A stretch of DNA of 64,000 nt, taken from assembly GCA_028824575.1 (NCBI GenBank), contig JAPPDN010000059.1, forward strand, positions 43,514-107,513. The letters are read 5' to 3'. Every line of letters begins with the position of its first letter. The first letter of the stretch is position 1. Source of the DNA: Candidatus Poribacteria bacterium. Lineage in GTDB: Bacteria; Poribacteria; WGA-4E; WGA-3G. The notes beneath the pieces are model-generated. The model made no database searches, had not been told where the DNA came from, and worked only from the letters and a program-made list of their open reading frames with translations. Positions 60,989-64,000 of this stretch are shown one piece after another. The translations under genes were made by a program, and so were the position numbers.

Positions 60989-61187
60989 TAAGGGTTTCCT
61001 CGGTTTATCGGAATACAGTCGATTAGTGTTGTTTGAGCTTATCCTATAAAGTTGTTATTTTTTCTCTACTCGGCGAGATAGCAAAGAAAAGTTCTGACAC
61101 CCACGTCGGAGATATATTCGCTGACAAATCTGTGGTGAGTCGAATAGATTCTGCTCAAAGCGTTCCAAGTCGGTTATGCCACAAAAC

Positions 61188-62165
61188 CTATTTCCTTTTC
61201 AGTTCTCCCCATACTGTTGTGAGCAACTGCGGTTGAGGTAAAACCGGTAATGCGAATGCTGGATCAAACCAATCCCCCAGATAATTCTGTCCAATATGAG
61301 TTAGTTGCTCGGATTGCTCACCTTCCAACCCTCTCTTGAATATTTGTGAATTCTTATTTCTATCCGCCTGTCTATAGACAATTGAATCACCATGCGGAGA
61401 CCACACGACCCCTCTTGCCCAGGGTCCAGCTTCATCAACAATTTGGGTCAGTCCCATCCCATCGCGATTTATTGTATAAATCGTTTCCGTCTCAGCGAAA
61501 TCTTCAAGAGGCACCCGATGCTGCCACGAAAAAGCAAACTTGTCTCCTGTCGGAGACCACGCCAGAGCTCCACTCATATATGACGGTATTGCCTTGCGTG
61601 GGAAAATAATTCTCCGTTTGAGTGTGTCGAGGTTGAATATACTTATTTGCATGCTTCTCGGCCAACCGACGAGAAAAGCTATCTCGGTGCCATCTGGGGA
61701 CCAGTCAGGAGAACTCCCAACAGCTATTCGATCCTCATTTTCACCCTTGATTGTGGCAGTATAGATGACCCATTGAGCACGCACCGTGCGGACGTACGCA
61801 ATCTGTTTCCCATCTGGCGACCACGTCGGACCTGCTCTATCTGCCTCCTTTCCAAAGACCCGCCGCACATTAGATCCGTTTGGATCCATGAGATATAAGT
61901 CCCAAACACCATCTCGGTCTGAGACGAAAAGTATTTGTTCACCCGTTGGCGACCAGATGGGTGTAATGTCCTGTGCGCGATGATGTGTTATTCGGATCTG
62001 CTCACTTCCGTCTGGGTTCATCAGGTAAATATCCCGATTGCCTTCACGCGTTGCCCAAAATGCGATTTTAGGAGTTGTGGGGATTTCTGCGAAAACCGGA
62101 CGAATTTTCACGAGCAAGGCCCCCAGGCTAAGGAGCAGAAAAAGAAGTAGAGGATACCGTCGCAT
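61188..62165 (-). CDS. secreted TolB-like (PD40/WD40-like beta-propeller) protein
   Basis: Signal peptide MRRYPLLLFLLLSLGALL; repeats WSPTGEQILFVSDRDGVWDLY, WSPDGKQIAY, WSPDGTEIAF; C-terminal tail LTTVWGELKRK. Confidence 0.55.
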   Translation of the reverse strand: MRRYPLLLFLLLSLGALLVKIRPVFAEIPTTPKIAFWATREGNRDIYLMNPDGSEQIRITHHRAQDITPIWSPTGEQILFVSDRDGVWDLYLMDPNGSNVRRVFGKEADRAGPTWSPDGKQIAYVRTVRAQWVIYTATIKGENEDRIAVGSSPDWSPDGTEIAFLVGWPRSMQISIFNLDTLKRRIIFPRKAIPSYMSGALAWSPTGDKFAFSWQHRVPLEDFAETETIYTINRDGMGLTQIVDEAGPWARGVVWSPHGDSIVYRQADRNKNSQIFKRGLEGEQSEQLTHIGQNYLGDWFDPAFALPVLPQPQLLTTVWGELKRK

Positions 62166-62281
62166 AAGAACTCTCCCGATATTCTTTGTTTTTTCAACAA
62201 AATGCGTCATGAAAATTAGGAATAAAACTACAGAGGGAGGCGACAAAAGTCGCCATACCCTCTGTAAGCAAGAAAATCGCC

Positions 62282-62497
62282 TTAAGGCATACAAGTGCCA
62301 TGACTGCATACTTTATTTCCAGGGCAAGGACGTCTCTCATCGCACTCCCATGCTTCAGCCCGTGGTGCACCAACGATAGCCTGTGCCAGTAGCACGCTAC
62401 CAACCGCCGCACCGAGCGTCAGTGGAGATTTGACTCCCACCTTGCCTTCCTCGGATTGGACAAACTCGCGGATTTTACCGCGGAGATTCTTTTTCAT
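62282..62497 (-). CDS. small secreted Cys-rich peptide precursor (paralog of 56422-56682)
   Basis: MKKNLRGKIREFVQSEEGKVGVKSPLTLGAAVGSVLLAQAIV + Cys-rich tail; identical 5'UTR GCACCGGCAGAAAGGAGAAAA. Confidence 0.45.
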   Translation of the reverse strand: MKKNLRGKIREFVQSEEGKVGVKSPLTLGAAVGSVLLAQAIVGAPRAEAWECDERRPCPGNKVCSHGTCMP

Positions 62498-62590
62498 ATC
62501 GGTTTTTCTCCTTTCTGCCGGTGCTTCCACTCCGGCGAGATTGACTTCCCAACTCCGGTCAGGAACCCATTTCCAAGACGAATTCATTCG

Positions 62591-63958
62591 CTACGGAAGT
62601 GAAGCCTTCCCTTGGAAATGCTTGAAAACTGCCTCGATTTCAGCAGGTGTATGCTGTTCCACTAATATCTCTGCTAAGGCGGTTTTAAGGCAGTCATATC
62701 TATTGCTCCCCGCTCGGTACACACTGGACTCGGTGGTTCCAGACCCCGGATCATACCGACGGCAGAAGACCGGCGGAGACACATTTCTTTCTCTTCTAAA
62801 GGCATTCACGCTTTGCTGATGCCCCTCTTCAAAGCACTGAACGATTTTTTGTGCTACTTTTTCCCAAGTGAATTTTTGAGCCAAACCCTTTGCAACGTTT
62901 TCGCATTCGGTGCGTGTATGAGAGGGTTTTAACCACTGATTTATTGTGTTCGACAACTCGGATATTGAAATACGGAAATTACTGGCATGATCCCAGTCCG
63001 ACTTCACGACAACGCCAGCACCCGAAACTTCCGCAGGCATCCCATACTTCGTCATCGCAACACAGGGTGCACCATACGCCATCGCCTCTAAGACAATCGA
63101 CAATGGGGTGCCCGGCATCGCGGGGAAACAGACGAGATCCAATGCTTGAAAGAATATCGGTAAAACTGACAGCGTCTCCTCATCATCGGCACTGAAAATG
63201 ACGACATTCTCCGGCGGATACCGATACTGCTGTTCTAACAGTGTGTCATACACAAAGATCGCGAGATGTGGATTGGCGCGTGCGAATTCAGAAATCCACG
63301 CTGCCCCACGCCTCGGTTCAAATCCAGAGATGAGTCCGACAACCGGTTGCTTCGCAAACATCGGGTTCTCAAAGAGAGCGGCGGTGTGCTGTTTTGCCAA
63401 CGCCTTGTCACCGATTGGCGCAACGACATCTATCCCATCAGGGATCACCCGCACGTTGTCTGCTAACACCCCTAATTCAGTGATCCATTCCTTCATCCAC
63501 GAGGCTTTAACCACCAGTGTATCTTTTGGACTTTGGAACGCACGGAGCATCAAAAGCACTTTCAGCAGAACGTGTTGTAGCCGCTGGCTTCCCTCTATGC
63601 AGTGGACAATCGGGACATCGGGAATCCGATAGTATAACAGATCGTCCGTCAAGAATTGTGAGAGCAGCAGGATACCGTTATAGCCATCCATCGCATACCA
63701 CGGCGGCATCAAGGCATTCCCCGCTGCTACGTCTATGTTCCGAACCTCGACCGCATCGAGGTCCTGAACAGCTGTTTTCTTCTCTTCAGGAAACGACAAA
63801 GTTTCCAACTCAGCGAACGCCGCGAGGTGGGTCAAAAACTGATAACGGTTCAGATTCGTGATGTAATCCAACGACGACTTCTCCACCGTAAAATGGAACG
63901 GGACCAATACCTTCGGTTTCTGATCGCGCTGCTGCCAATGCGCAACTGTTGGTTCCAC
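62591..63958 (-). CDS. GT-B fold glycosyltransferase (GT1/GT4-like); ORF may extend beyond the window edge
   Basis: C-terminal donor-binding region (...LDLVCFPAMPGTPLSIVLEAMAYGAPCVAM...); the reading frame remains open upstream of the annotated Met to the window end. Confidence 0.5.
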   Translation of the reverse strand: MEPTVAHWQQRDQKPKVLVPFHFTVEKSSLDYITNLNRYQFLTHLAAFAELETLSFPEEKKTAVQDLDAVEVRNIDVAAGNALMPPWYAMDGYNGILLLSQFLTDDLLYYRIPDVPIVHCIEGSQRLQHVLLKVLLMLRAFQSPKDTLVVKASWMKEWITELGVLADNVRVIPDGIDVVAPIGDKALAKQHTAALFENPMFAKQPVVGLISGFEPRRGAAWISEFARANPHLAIFVYDTLLEQQYRYPPENVVIFSADDEETLSVLPIFFQALDLVCFPAMPGTPLSIVLEAMAYGAPCVAMTKYGMPAEVSGAGVVVKSDWDHASNFRISISELSNTINQWLKPSHTRTECENVAKGLAQKFTWEKVAQKIVQCFEEGHQQSVNAFRRERNVSPPVFCRRYDPGSGTTESSVYRAGSNRYDCLKTALAEILVEQHTPAEIEAVFKHFQGKASLP

Positions 63959-64000
63959 TGCCTCAACGACTGGATGCAGAAGGGTTCCTTCTCTGCCGAG

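Noticed and set aside
1-64000. tRNA/rRNA/tmRNA genes and integrase/att sites
   Set aside because: I could not find cloverleaf/T-loop signatures, rRNA-like segments or a tyrosine/serine recombinase by reading; none reported. A tRNAscan/Infernal run could still reveal one.

Overview
The window looks like part of a plasmid or phage-plasmid-type mobile replicon, or an integrated derivative; GC is about 50% by eye.

The left 17 kb (plus strand) is a phage-like block:
- A large-terminase-like gene and a repeat-containing neighbour are on the minus strand at the left edge.
- A tandem ribbon-helix-helix regulator follows, then many small hypothetical genes.
- The block ends with a ParB/Srx-fold protein and an intrinsic terminator.

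The region 17.7-30.7 kb is a minus-strand accessory island:
- A low-GC HEPN/Abi-like gene sits next to an IS3-family element.
- The island also carries a GT2 glycosyltransferase, a DUF805 protein, an HNH endonuclease module and a frameshifted secreted EEP nuclease.
- It also carries a ParB/Srx-like DGNHR protein and a secreted LamG protein.
- Several repeated intergenic elements are interspersed, including a two-copy structured element with compensatory stem changes.

The region 30.8-36.4 kb holds an IS200/IS605 TnpB element flanked by hairpin repeats and a minus-strand Rep initiator gene. Next to them are an iteron-type origin (8 copies of CCCCATAAACGTTCA), an AT-rich stretch, a hairpin-dense segment, a winged-helix gene, 21-bp tandem repeats and consensus DnaA boxes.

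The region 36.4-51.2 kb is a dense plus-strand block of small genes:
- It includes a GIY-YIG/HTH protein, an 849-aa ParB-like protein and an IF-1 (infA) paralog.
- It includes a ParA plus RHH ParG-like partition pair preceded by TGCAGGTGTGCACA iterons.
- A second TnpB element of the same family as the one at 10.7 kb lies next to a parG 3' remnant.

The region 51.5-64 kb encodes envelope and signalling proteins:
- An ECF sigma/anti-sigma fusion with a BNR propeller and a tetraheme cytochrome fused to a DsbA-like domain.
- A prepilin-peptidase-like protein, a methyltransferase, a TolB-like propeller and a GT1.
- Two paralogous cassettes for small secreted Cys-rich peptides share a conserved promoter, 5'UTR and leader; these are the most novel-looking candidate.

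Genome-wide repeat families are present: GTAGC-hairpins and a GGGCGAG-N5-CTCGCCC palindrome. No rRNA, tRNA or cas genes were recognised.
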